DNA from: Verrucomicrobiaceae bacterium
GTDB lineage: Bacteria > Verrucomicrobiota > Verrucomicrobiia > Verrucomicrobiales > Verrucomicrobiaceae
Assembly: GCA_027487315.1 (NCBI GenBank)
Contig: JAIYDW010000062.1
Location: 26,043-90,042 of the forward strand
Direction of reading: 5' to 3'
DNA length: 64,000 nt
Shown here: one piece after another, positions 30,454-38,403 of the stretch
Layout: each line of letters starts with the position of its first letter
Position numbering within the stretch: the first letter of the stretch is position 1
Made by a program: the position numbers and the translations under genes
The notes under the pieces: generated by a model
Databases searched by the model: none
What the model was told of the DNA's origin: nothing
The model's input: only the letters and a program-made list of their open reading frames with translations

Positions 30454-32034
30454 TTAGCGGGTCAGGAGGCCGCGGGCGATGATGGCGTCGACGGGGTTTT
30501 TGTCGTCGGTGAAGGCGACGAGGGGTGGGGGGAGCCGGGAAGGCGGGACGTGGGTGGAGATGAGGCGCTGGTTGAGGCTGCCAGGGGCGTGGAAGCGATC
30601 GGTGATTCGGCTGTTCCAATTGGATTTGGTGGCGAGGAGGATGACGTTTTGGGGTTCGTCGAGGCGACCGCCGACGCCGAAGACTTCGACGAAAGGGAAG
30701 ACTGCTTTGACGGTGGTCAGGAGGCCGGCGAGGAGTTCGCCACGGGGGCCTTGGACGGCGCTGATGACGTTCATGACGAAGGCGCCGTCGTCGGTGAGGC
30801 GATCGTGGACGAGTTGGAAGAATTCTTTGCTGGTGAGGTGGACGGGGATGGCGCGGATGCCGTTGTAGGCGTCGCCGAAGATGAGGTCCCAGCGTTGTTC
30901 GGGTTTGTCATGAAGGAGGAGGAAGCGACGGGCATCGCCGGGGTGGGCGTGGACGTTGGGGTGTTTGTCGAGTTGGAAGAACTGGCGGCCGACATCGATG
31001 ACGCGGGGGTCGATTTCGGCGACGTCGACGTGGGCGTTGGGGAAGGTGCGGGAGAGTTCGTTGGGCATGCCGAAGGCGCCGGCGCCGAGGAAGAGAGCGC
31101 GATTGAGGGTGAGGTTTTCGTTGAGTTGGGCGAGGCGCCAGTAGTGCTGGTAGGCGAGGATGAGGTCGCCGGTATCCGGGTTCACGCCGCCTTCCTGGGT
31201 GCTGTCGAGTTCGAGGACGCGGCGTTTGTTTGGGCTGGTGCCGTTTTCGGAGACGCGGATGCGGTGGTAGAAGGATTCTTCCTCGTGGATGACATCGGGC
31301 GGTGTGACGGGGCGTTCACCGAGGGCGACGGCGGCGGCGATGAGGCCGGTGAGGAGGATGGGGAGCTGCTGGCGGAAGGAGTTTTTGGAGAGAGAGAAAG
31401 CGATGATGGCGAGGACGAAGAGGAGAACGGCGACGCCGAAGAAGATGGAGCGAACGCCGAAGGTGGAGATGAGGAAGAAGCCGGAGAGGAAGGTGCCCGC
31501 GAAGCTGCCGAGGGAGCCGAGCATGCTGATGATGCCAGCGGAGGCGCCGACGTGGGTGTCCTGGCTGGTGAGGCTGTAGAAGCGGACGGCGGCGGGTGAG
31601 ACGGCGCCGAGGAGGACGCCTGGGACGGCGAAGAGGAGGAGGGAGATGAGGATGGGGCCGATGATGAGGCGGCCGCCGGCGGAGATGGAGGGGCTGAGGA
31701 GACCGTGGAGGGTGGGGATGAAGAAGATCAAAACGGCGGAGCCGGCGAGGAGGCGGCCCATGACATCGAGGGCGGGGCGTCGATCCGCGAGCCAGCCGCC
31801 GAGGTAGCCGCCGGCGCTGGAGGCGATGAGGATGACGCCAATGAGGGCGGTCCAGGTGTAGACGCTGTTGCCGAAGAAGGGCGCGAGGAGTCTGAAGGCG
31901 CAGATTTCGACGACCATGACACTGCCCCAGGAGAGGAAGCAGAGGGCGCCAAGGAAGAAGCGGATGAGGCCGGCGGCGGGCGGGGTGGGTTGGGTGCCGG
32001 AGGTGGGGGTGGAGGGGCGTGGGGGCTTGGGCAC
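30454..32034 (-). CDS. Fused polytopic membrane / spermidine-synthase-like (class I methyltransferase fold) protein
   Basis: N-terminal multi-TM region (FFLGALCFLSWGSVMVVEICAFRLLAPFFG...). The C-terminal PABS-like domain has LFLGAGAFGMP...VAEIDPRVI...GDARRFL...DLIFGDAY. The start is uncertain: GTG 32034, 17 nt after the upstream stop, or ATG 31917. The track ORF N-terminus overlaps the upstream gene and is spurious. Confidence 0.65.
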   Translation of the reverse strand: MPKPPRPSTPTSGTQPTPPAAGLIRFFLGALCFLSWGSVMVVEICAFRLLAPFFGNSVYTWTALIGVILIASSAGGYLGGWLADRRPALDVMGRLLAGSAVLIFFIPTLHGLLSPSISAGGRLIIGPILISLLLFAVPGVLLGAVSPAAVRFYSLTSQDTHVGASAGIISMLGSLGSFAGTFLSGFFLISTFGVRSIFFGVAVLLFVLAIIAFSLSKNSFRQQLPILLTGLIAAAVALGERPVTPPDVIHEEESFYHRIRVSENGTSPNKRRVLELDSTQEGGVNPDTGDLILAYQHYWRLAQLNENLTLNRALFLGAGAFGMPNELSRTFPNAHVDVAEIDPRVIDVGRQFFQLDKHPNVHAHPGDARRFLLLHDKPEQRWDLIFGDAYNGIRAIPVHLTSKEFFQLVHDRLTDDGAFVMNVISAVQGPRGELLAGLLTTVKAVFPFVEVFGVGGRLDEPQNVILLATKSNWNSRITDRFHAPGSLNQRLISTHVPPSRLPPPLVAFTDDKNPVDAIIARGLLTR

Positions 32035-32050
32035 GGAGAGGTGGGGCGGG

Positions 32051-32512
32051 TTAGTGGCTGTAAAAGAGGAGGTGGATGATTTTCCAGCCGGAGGGGGTTT
32101 TGATGAGTGAAAAGTGGTCGATGCCGGTGGTTTTTTGGGCGCCTTTGACGAGGGTCCAGGGGACGCGGGCGAGGGCGGCGCGTTCATCTGACAGGATGGA
32201 CATGGAATCGGCCGTTTCGCGCATGGGTTCGGCGGCGGTTTTGTGGCCCATGCGCTGACCGTAGAGGAAGTCGGAGAGGGTCTCGGTCTGCGGGGTGCCG
32301 TTGCGGTCGGTGACCAAGGTGATGCGGGCGGTTTCGTGGAAGCAGGCGGCGTAACCGTCCATGTCCTGGGTGGACCAGGTTTTGAAGTAGTTTTCGAGGA
32401 AGGCGCGAATGGCGGGCTCGTCCTTGGACTGGGGGGAGTCAGGCTTGGAGCATGACGGGGTGCCTGCAACGAGGAGCAGGCTGGCCAGCAGGAACAGGGG
32501 GGTGCGTTTCAT
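32051..32512 (-). CDS. NTF2/SnoaL-like fold lipoprotein (DUF4440-like)
   Basis: MKRTPLFLLASLLLVAGTPSC is a signal peptide plus lipobox. AIRAFLENYFKTWSTQDMDGYAACFHE is typical of NTF2-like domains. Confidence 0.6.
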   Translation of the reverse strand: MKRTPLFLLASLLLVAGTPSCSKPDSPQSKDEPAIRAFLENYFKTWSTQDMDGYAACFHETARITLVTDRNGTPQTETLSDFLYGQRMGHKTAAEPMRETADSMSILSDERAALARVPWTLVKGAQKTTGIDHFSLIKTPSGWKIIHLLFYSH

Positions 32513-32545
32513 GCGGGCGGAGGAAACACCTGTGGGGCGGCTGGA

Positions 32546-33448
32546 TCAAGCGAAGGACTCTTCTTCGATGCCGAGGAGAGCGATGATGCGATTGAGGTCT
32601 TCGACGCCGTAGTAGTCGATCTCGATGCGGCCTTTTTTGTCGGAGTGATGGAGGCTGACGTTGGTGTTGAGGTGGCTGACGAGTTTTTGTTCGACGGCTT
32701 CGATGGCGGTGCCGAATTCGGTGTCGGCGACTTCGGGTTTGGGTGGCGGGGGATTGAGGACGCCCTGGACGAGTTTTTCGGTGGCGCGGACGGAGAGGCC
32801 TTTTTTGATGACTTCGGCAGCGGCTTTTTCCTGTTCTTTGGGCTTTTTGAGGCTGAGGAGGACTTTGGCGTGGCCGGTGGTGAGGCTGCCTTTGGCGAGA
32901 AAGTCCTGGACCTCCATGGGCAGGTCGAGAAGGCGCATGGAGTTGGCGACGGTGGCGCGGTTGCGGCCGACGCGCTGGGCGATGTCCTCCTGGCGCATGG
33001 CGAAGTCGCGGGCGAGGCGCTCGTAGGCGCGGGCTTCTTCGATGGGGTTGAGATCTTCGCGCTGAAGGTTCTCGATGAGGGCCATCTCGAGGACCTCTTT
33101 GTCGGTGGCTTCGCGGGTGATGACGGGGACTTCGGTGAGGCCTAATTCGCGTGAGGCGCGGAAGCGGCGTTCGCCAGCGATGAGTTCGAGTTTGCCGTTA
33201 ACGGGGCGGACGATGAGGGGCTGGATGACGCCGTGCTCACGGATGGACTCCATGAGTTCGGTGAGCTGAGCGGCGACGAATTCTTTGCGCGGTTGCAGCG
33301 GGCTGGGGACAATTTGCGCGAGAGGGACGCGGCGAACGATATCGCCGGGGGCGGGTTGCGCGAGGGCAGGCGGACGCGCGACGCCTGAGACGGCGGGTGA
33401 GGAGGTGATGAGGGCTCCTAGCCCTTTGCCGAGTACGTTCTTTGCCAT
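32546..33448 (-). CDS. parB: Chromosome partitioning protein ParB/Spo0J
   Basis: ParB box LIAGERRFRASREL (the GERRxRA CTP-binding motif), an HTH region and a C-terminal dimerisation segment. Confidence 0.9.
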   Translation of the reverse strand: MAKNVLGKGLGALITSSPAVSGVARPPALAQPAPGDIVRRVPLAQIVPSPLQPRKEFVAAQLTELMESIREHGVIQPLIVRPVNGKLELIAGERRFRASRELGLTEVPVITREATDKEVLEMALIENLQREDLNPIEEARAYERLARDFAMRQEDIAQRVGRNRATVANSMRLLDLPMEVQDFLAKGSLTTGHAKVLLSLKKPKEQEKAAAEVIKKGLSVRATEKLVQGVLNPPPPKPEVADTEFGTAIEAVEQKLVSHLNTNVSLHHSDKKGRIEIDYYGVEDLNRIIALLGIEEESFA

Positions 33449-33519
33449 GGGAGGCGGAGACTAACCACGAGGCGGGTTGGAAGCAAATACGGAATTGAAG
33501 TGAATTTGATTCGAGTGAG

Positions 33520-35844
33520 CTAGATGAGGCGCTGGCGTTTGCGGAGGAGCCATTCGGTGGTGAGGAGGGCGAGGAGGATGCCGAACCACCACCAGGAGGA
33601 CCAGATGAGGGTTTCTTTGATGGAGGTTTGTTTGCGGTCGATGCGTTTGAGGAGGGCGGGGAGGTCGTTGGCTTGGGATTCGCGGAGGAATTGGCCGCCG
33701 GTGGTTTGGGCGAGGGATTGTAATAGGGGGGTGTTGAGGGTGAGTTGGGCGAGTTCCTGGTCTTCGCGGTCGGAGGCGCGGAAGGTGAGGCGGGAGTCGC
33801 TGCGGGGGGCGTTGAGTGCGGGGGCGATGGCGATTTCGAAGTCGCCAGATTTGAGGGGCGGGGTGAGGGCGCGATAGATGCCGGCGTGGTTGGGGTCGGC
33901 GGTGAGTTCGAGGGTAGCGAGGGTTTCGCCATCGCGGGTGAGGAAGGCCTGGGGGGTGGCGTTGGGGATGAGGGTGCCGGAGGGGCTGCGGAGGCGGACG
34001 CGGACTTCGGCCTGGTCGCCGACACGGTAGCGGAGGCGGTCGGTGCCGATGGCGAGGGTGGCGGTTTCGATTTGGAAGGGGGGAGCGGCGATCCAGGCGG
34101 CGATTTGCATCCAGAGGCGCTGGTGGTAGAGGTCGGCGACCTGGTAGCGCCAGCGCCAGAGTTCGTCGGTGCTGAGGTAGAGGACGGCGCCGGCGCCAGC
34201 GGGGCGGAAGACGATGGCGGGGAGGGGTTGGCCGATGGCGGGGGCTTTCAGTTGGGCGACGACTTGGGCGCCGGGGGCGGGGGTGACGTGGGCGGTCCAC
34301 TGGGCGGGGGGAAGGGTTGGCCAGAGGTCGGTGTTGGTGGCGCGGGAGGCGGAGAGGAGGAGGGCGGGAGGGGTGGGGATGGGGGTGTCGAGGGACCAGG
34401 TGTAGCCGGTGGCGGTGGGCGGGGTGGTGCCGGTCCAGGAGACGGGGAGGAGGCGGGAGGCGTCTTTTTGGGTGAGCCAGGGTTTGAGGTGGCCGCGCTG
34501 GCCGTCGATGAAGATGAGGCCGCCGCCGCGTTGTTCGACGAATTCGAGGAGCCACTCGATTTGGTTGGGGAGGAGGCGGTCGGGGGCGAGGTCGCCGAGG
34601 ATGATGAGGTCGTAGGTGAGGCATTCGTCGCGGGTGGCGGGGAAGGCTTTGGCGATGGCGCCGTCGGCGGGGTTGGGGGTGTAGTCGTCGAAAGCGACCT
34701 TGGCGTCCCAGCGTTCGTCGCGGTCGAAGTGGTTGTGGATGTAGCGGGTTTCCCAGCGGGGGCGGCCGTCGAGGATGAGGACGCGGCGTTTGCGATCGAG
34801 GACGTGGAGGGGGATTTCGGTGGTGTTGTTGGCGCGGGTTTTCTCGAGATTGGCTTGGTTTCCGGAGGCGGTGACCTGGACGGAGAGGAGGCGGAGGGCG
34901 GGGTCGGTTTTTTGGGCGGCGGGAGGGAGGTCCTGGACGGGGAAGCGGAAATCGAAGCGGTGCTGGCCTTTTCCTGTGGTGGTGAAAGACTGTGACCAGA
35001 GGACTTTACCTTGGCTTTCTACGCGAACGGTGGCGGAAATGCCGGAGGGCATGGAATCGCGAACGGTGATGCTGCCGCGGAGTTGTTCCTGGGCGAAAGC
35101 GGATTCCGGGATGTCGGTTTGGGTAATGGAGAGGTCGGGTGGGGGGATTTCGCCGCCGAGGCCGATGGGGAAGAGGGTGACGCCGGCGGTTTTGAGGGAG
35201 GCGGCGAGGTCTTCGGGGGAGCCGTCGGTGTTGTGCTGGCCGTCGGTGAAGAGGACGACGGCGGTGCCGGGGGTGAGGGGGGCGAGGGCGGTTTTGAGGG
35301 GGGAGTCGAGGTTGGTGGAGGCGGAGTCGGGGGCGATGGGGAGTTGGGCGGGGATGGGGCCGGAGGTGTCCTGGCCGTTTTGGCGGCGCCACCAGAGGCG
35401 CTGGGAGGTGGAGCCGCGGAGGGCGACGAGTTCGACGTCGTGCTCGGCGACGAGGGCGGGGAGGAGTGGGATGGTGCCGGAGAAGAGGAGGGATTGGAGG
35501 CGATCCCATCTTGATTGCGGATTGGGGATTGCGGATTGCGGATTGGGAGAGGCCTGCGGCGGCTCGTCGGTGAGGCGCATGGAGGAGGAGGCGTCGAGGG
35601 CGAGGACGACCCGGGTGAGTTGGCGGTCGATGGTGGTGTGGCGGAGAACGGGGCCGGCGAAGGTGAGGACGGCGATGAAGACGGCGAGGGAGCGGAGGAG
35701 GACGAGGAGCCAGCCGAGGGGGACGGGGCTGCGGCGGATTTCGCGGCGGTAGAGGAGGGCCATGAGCAGGGCCAGGGCGAGCGCGACGAGGAGGACCAGC
35801 CAGGGGGCGTGGTCTCCGGTGAAGCGCAGGGCGGTGGTGGTCAT
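33520..35844 (-). CDS. Membrane-anchored vWA (MIDAS) protein with a GATase1-like C-terminal domain (BatB-like)
   Basis: N-terminal TM pair. MIDAS motif LALDASSSM. Later RRVLILDGRPRWE...YDLIILGD...GGGLIFIDG. A C-terminal TM is present. Contains the in-frame heptamer array listed below. Confidence 0.75.
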   Translation of the reverse strand: MTTTALRFTGDHAPWLVLLVALALALLMALLYRREIRRSPVPLGWLLVLLRSLAVFIAVLTFAGPVLRHTTIDRQLTRVVLALDASSSMRLTDEPPQASPNPQSAIPNPQSRWDRLQSLLFSGTIPLLPALVAEHDVELVALRGSTSQRLWWRRQNGQDTSGPIPAQLPIAPDSASTNLDSPLKTALAPLTPGTAVVLFTDGQHNTDGSPEDLAASLKTAGVTLFPIGLGGEIPPPDLSITQTDIPESAFAQEQLRGSITVRDSMPSGISATVRVESQGKVLWSQSFTTTGKGQHRFDFRFPVQDLPPAAQKTDPALRLLSVQVTASGNQANLEKTRANNTTEIPLHVLDRKRRVLILDGRPRWETRYIHNHFDRDERWDAKVAFDDYTPNPADGAIAKAFPATRDECLTYDLIILGDLAPDRLLPNQIEWLLEFVEQRGGGLIFIDGQRGHLKPWLTQKDASRLLPVSWTGTTPPTATGYTWSLDTPIPTPPALLLSASRATNTDLWPTLPPAQWTAHVTPAPGAQVVAQLKAPAIGQPLPAIVFRPAGAGAVLYLSTDELWRWRYQVADLYHQRLWMQIAAWIAAPPFQIETATLAIGTDRLRYRVGDQAEVRVRLRSPSGTLIPNATPQAFLTRDGETLATLELTADPNHAGIYRALTPPLKSGDFEIAIAPALNAPRSDSRLTFRASDREDQELAQLTLNTPLLQSLAQTTGGQFLRESQANDLPALLKRIDRKQTSIKETLIWSSWWWFGILLALLTTEWLLRKRQRLI
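35513..35548. repeat. Five tandem heptamers (GATTGCG/GATTGGG, plus-strand reading) inside the vWA CDS
   Basis: gATTGCGG ATTGGGG ATTGCGG ATTGCGG ATTGGGA, read directly. It translates on the minus strand as PNPQSAIPNPQS. Confidence 0.9.
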
Positions 35845-35847
35845 GTC

Positions 35848-35884
35848 GATTGCGGAATGCGGATTTGGGATTGCGGATTTTTTG
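35848..35884. repeat. Heptamer array GATTGCG GAATGCG GATTTGG GATTGCG GATTTTT abutting the start codon of the 33520-35844 gene
   Basis: Read directly. The 29-nt core at 35849-35877 is identical to 38364-38392. Confidence 0.9.
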
Positions 35885-35921
35885 GAGGGGGAAGGGTGGG
35901 GAGAGGGGAAGGGGCGAGCGA

Positions 35922-35956
35922 GGGTTTTTAATGATCGGCTAAAGCCTTTACTCCGA
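35922..35956. repeat. Copy 1 of the conserved spacer element GGGTTTTTAATGATCGGCTAAAGCCTTTACTCCGAC
   Basis: By hand alignment it is nearly identical to 44016-44050, differing at three positions. Both copies are preceded by a G-run tract and GGATTTTTTGG. Confidence 0.85.
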
Positions 35957-35962
35957 CGGGGG

Positions 35963-36187
35963 TTAGCGATACCAGACGACGGTGATGGCGGAGGTGGAGG
36001 AGTGGAAGGTTTGGATGTTGACGATGTCTATGCCGGGGTTGGCGTTGATCCAGGTTTCGGCTTGGTCGTGGGATTCTTTGATCATGGGGTAGTCGAGTGA
36101 GACTTCGCCGAGGCGGAATTTGAGTTGCTTGATGAATTCGGCGCGGCGGATTGGGCGATGCGTTGGGAGTGGGGGCGGTGTGTCCAT
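35963..36187 (-). CDS. Hypothetical 74-aa protein, translationally coupled to the upstream BatA-domain gene
   Basis: ATG at 36187 sits 2 nt after the TGA of the 36190-38358 gene (TGACCATG). Its C-ending codon usage matches neighbouring minus-strand genes. Sequence: MDTPPPLPTHRPIRRAEFIKQLKFRLGEVSLDYPMIKESHDQAETWINANPGIDIVNIQTFHSSTSAITVVWYR. No family recognised. Confidence 0.5.
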   Translation of the reverse strand: MDTPPPLPTHRPIRRAEFIKQLKFRLGEVSLDYPMIKESHDQAETWINANPGIDIVNIQTFHSSTSAITVVWYR

Positions 36188-36189
36188 GG

Positions 36190-38358
36190 TCAACGGCGTT
36201 TGGGGGAGGTGATGTGTTGTTGGAGGAGGACTTCGAAGAAGAGGAGGGCTAGGAGGGCGAGGAGGAGGGGTTGCCAGACTTCGATGCCGAGTCGGCGGGA
36301 GCGGTCGAGGCGCTGGTAGGTGTCGAAGTCGTTGGCGGTTTGGGCTCCGAGGCGGGTGGCGAGGTCGGTGAGTTCGGTGGGGGCGAGGGGGGTGAGGTTG
36401 GATTCGGCGGGGTCGAGGTTGGCGGCGATGCGACGGATGGATTTGGGGTCGGATGGGGCGGCGTCGGTGGGTTGGATTTGGTAGAGGCCGGGCTGGGTGA
36501 GGGCGGGGAGGGTAAGGGTGGCGGACTCGGGTTTGAGTTCGGAGGATTGGCCGAGGGGGTCGGTGAGGGTGAATGGTTGGGTGGATTGAGAACTGGTGAG
36601 GGAGAGGGAGGGGGTGGTGCCGATGAGGTGGGCGCTGCTTTCGGTGTCCTGGGTGGCGAGCCAGGCGGTGAGGCGTTGGGCGAGGGGGACGAACCAGGGC
36701 TGGAGGGGGAGGTTTGACCAGCCGGGTTTGAGGGGGATGGCGCTTTGGATGACGAGGCCGCGTCCGAGGGGGCGTTCGATGAGGAGGGGGACGCCGCGGT
36801 CGAGGGAGGCGATGGTGCGGGCGTCGTCACCCTGGGGTTCGAGTTTCCACCAGTGCTGGAATTCGCCATCAGGGAGGCGGCCGGAGCGGGGGTCGTTGAA
36901 GTATAGGAGGGCGGGGTGGGTGAAGCGGGTGGTTTGGAGGCGGGCGGGGAAATCGATGTTTTCGATGTGGGTTTGGCCGGTGACTTTGGCGGGCAGGAAA
37001 AGGCCTTCTTTGCCGAGGTCGGATCGCCATTTGAGCGGGTCGGCGTTTTCGGCTGGGAGGATGAGCAGGCCGCCGCCGTTTTCGACGAATTTGCGGAGGA
37101 TGGGGAAGAGGCTGCCGTTGGAGCGTTCGAGGCCGCCGAGGATGACGACCCGGGCACCGGCGAGATCGGATTCCTTGAGGCGTTTCGGGTCGATGGTGCG
37201 AGTGAGGATGAGGTCGCGGAGGGAGGGGACGGAAGCGCCGAGGTGGGGGGTGAGGGCGAGGTTGAAGAAGTCGAGGGCACCGGCGAGGGGGGAGGAGCCG
37301 GGGGCGCCATCGAGGAGGACGACGGGGAGTTGGTCGCGGACTTGGACGATGGTGTGGAAGGCATTGTCGTCGGTAAAGGTATCGCCTTCGAGGCGGACGG
37401 TGAGGGCGTGGTCGCCGAGGGAGTCGAAGGCGTGGGTGAAGTAGAGGGAGGCTTCGCCATCCGGGGGGATGGAGATGCGGGCGGTGCGGAGGCGTGCGCC
37501 ATCGGCTTCGAGGTGGACGGGGATGTCCTGCCAGGGGCGTTTGCCGTGGTTTTGGATGCGGACTTTGAGGGCGACTGGTTGGCTGGTGGCGACGAGTTGG
37601 GCGGAGAGTTCGGCGGCGGTGATGGCGAGGTTTTCGCTGAGTTGGGTGGGGAGTTGGAAGAGGGTGAGGGCGGGGCGGGTGGCGTCGGGGTCTTTGGAGG
37701 TGAGCGCGTCGAGGACGGGTAGGGAGGCGCCGGAGAGGAGGGAGGACCAGTCGGACTTTTGGAAGTCGGAGAGGATGAGGATTTCTTTGGAGGGGTTTCC
37801 GGCTTTTTGGGCGGCGGCGAGGGCGGATTGGAGGCTGTTTTGCAGGGAGACGGGGCCTTGGACGGCGGGGATGTCGGTGAGGTCGGCGGAGAGGAGGTCG
37901 AGGGTGGTGGAGGGGGCGGTGTTGAGGGGGCGGGGGGTGCCGCCGATGCGGATGATTTGGGCGTCGGAGCCGCGCGGGAGGGAGGCGAGGATGCGGGAGA
38001 GATCGGCGCGGGCGTGGTCGGAGGCGGGGGTGCCGTCGGCGGTGGGGGCGCGCATGGAGAAGGAGTCATCGAGGAGGACGATGAGGGAGGATTTGCCGAA
38101 GCCGGGGAGTTGGCTGAGGGCGTTGAGGACGGGGCGGGCGAGGCAGAGCGCGAGGACGATGGGGATGGCGATGCGGGTGAGGAGGAGGAGCCACTGCTCG
38201 ATCTGCGTGCGGCGTTTTTTTTGTTTGAGGACCTCATGGAGGAGGTGCATGGCGCCCCATTGGACGTGGATGATCCGCCTGCGGTTCAGGAGGTGGATGA
38301 TCAGAGGGATCAGGAAGGCGGCGGCGCCGGCCAGGAGGATGGGGGTGAGGAAGGACAA
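36190..38358 (-). CDS. BatA_N (aerotolerance-regulator N-terminal, double-TM) / vWA-like / GATase1-like membrane protein
   Basis: (TTG)SFLTPILLAGAAAFLIPLIIHLLNRRR is a classical BatA N-terminus. It also has LIVLLDDSFSM (DxSxS), ARVVILGGLE...GGGLLILP and a C-terminal TM. Confidence 0.8.
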   Translation of the reverse strand: MSFLTPILLAGAAAFLIPLIIHLLNRRRIIHVQWGAMHLLHEVLKQKKRRTQIEQWLLLLTRIAIPIVLALCLARPVLNALSQLPGFGKSSLIVLLDDSFSMRAPTADGTPASDHARADLSRILASLPRGSDAQIIRIGGTPRPLNTAPSTTLDLLSADLTDIPAVQGPVSLQNSLQSALAAAQKAGNPSKEILILSDFQKSDWSSLLSGASLPVLDALTSKDPDATRPALTLFQLPTQLSENLAITAAELSAQLVATSQPVALKVRIQNHGKRPWQDIPVHLEADGARLRTARISIPPDGEASLYFTHAFDSLGDHALTVRLEGDTFTDDNAFHTIVQVRDQLPVVLLDGAPGSSPLAGALDFFNLALTPHLGASVPSLRDLILTRTIDPKRLKESDLAGARVVILGGLERSNGSLFPILRKFVENGGGLLILPAENADPLKWRSDLGKEGLFLPAKVTGQTHIENIDFPARLQTTRFTHPALLYFNDPRSGRLPDGEFQHWWKLEPQGDDARTIASLDRGVPLLIERPLGRGLVIQSAIPLKPGWSNLPLQPWFVPLAQRLTAWLATQDTESSAHLIGTTPSLSLTSSQSTQPFTLTDPLGQSSELKPESATLTLPALTQPGLYQIQPTDAAPSDPKSIRRIAANLDPAESNLTPLAPTELTDLATRLGAQTANDFDTYQRLDRSRRLGIEVWQPLLLALLALLFFEVLLQQHITSPKRR

Positions 38359-38361
38359 CTC

Positions 38362-38397
38362 GAATTGCGGAATGCGGATTTGGGATTGCGGAATTTA
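38362..38397. repeat. Heptamer array GAATTGCG GAATGCG GATTTGG GATTGCG GAATTTA filling the DUF58-BatA spacer
   Basis: Read directly. The 29-nt core at 38364-38392 is identical to 35849-35877. Confidence 0.9.
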
Positions 38398-38403
38398 GGG
38401 GAG

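Noticed and set aside
36249-38237. 662-aa P/S/T/A-rich minus-strand ORF, and other R/P/H-rich minus-strand ORFs (33461-34624, 11792-12655, 12833-14119, 15715-17106, 23837-24772, 47908-48597, 58128-58955, 61910-63217)
   Set aside because: They are alternative frames or antisense of recognisable genes. Their extreme low-complexity composition is typical of off-frame translation of skewed high-GC DNA.
35513-38397. Could the GATTGCG-type arrays be a CRISPR array or a mobile element?
   Set aside because: The units are 7 nt and directly tandem with no spacers. There are no cas, transposase or integrase genes and no terminal inverted repeats. They are simple short tandem repeats.
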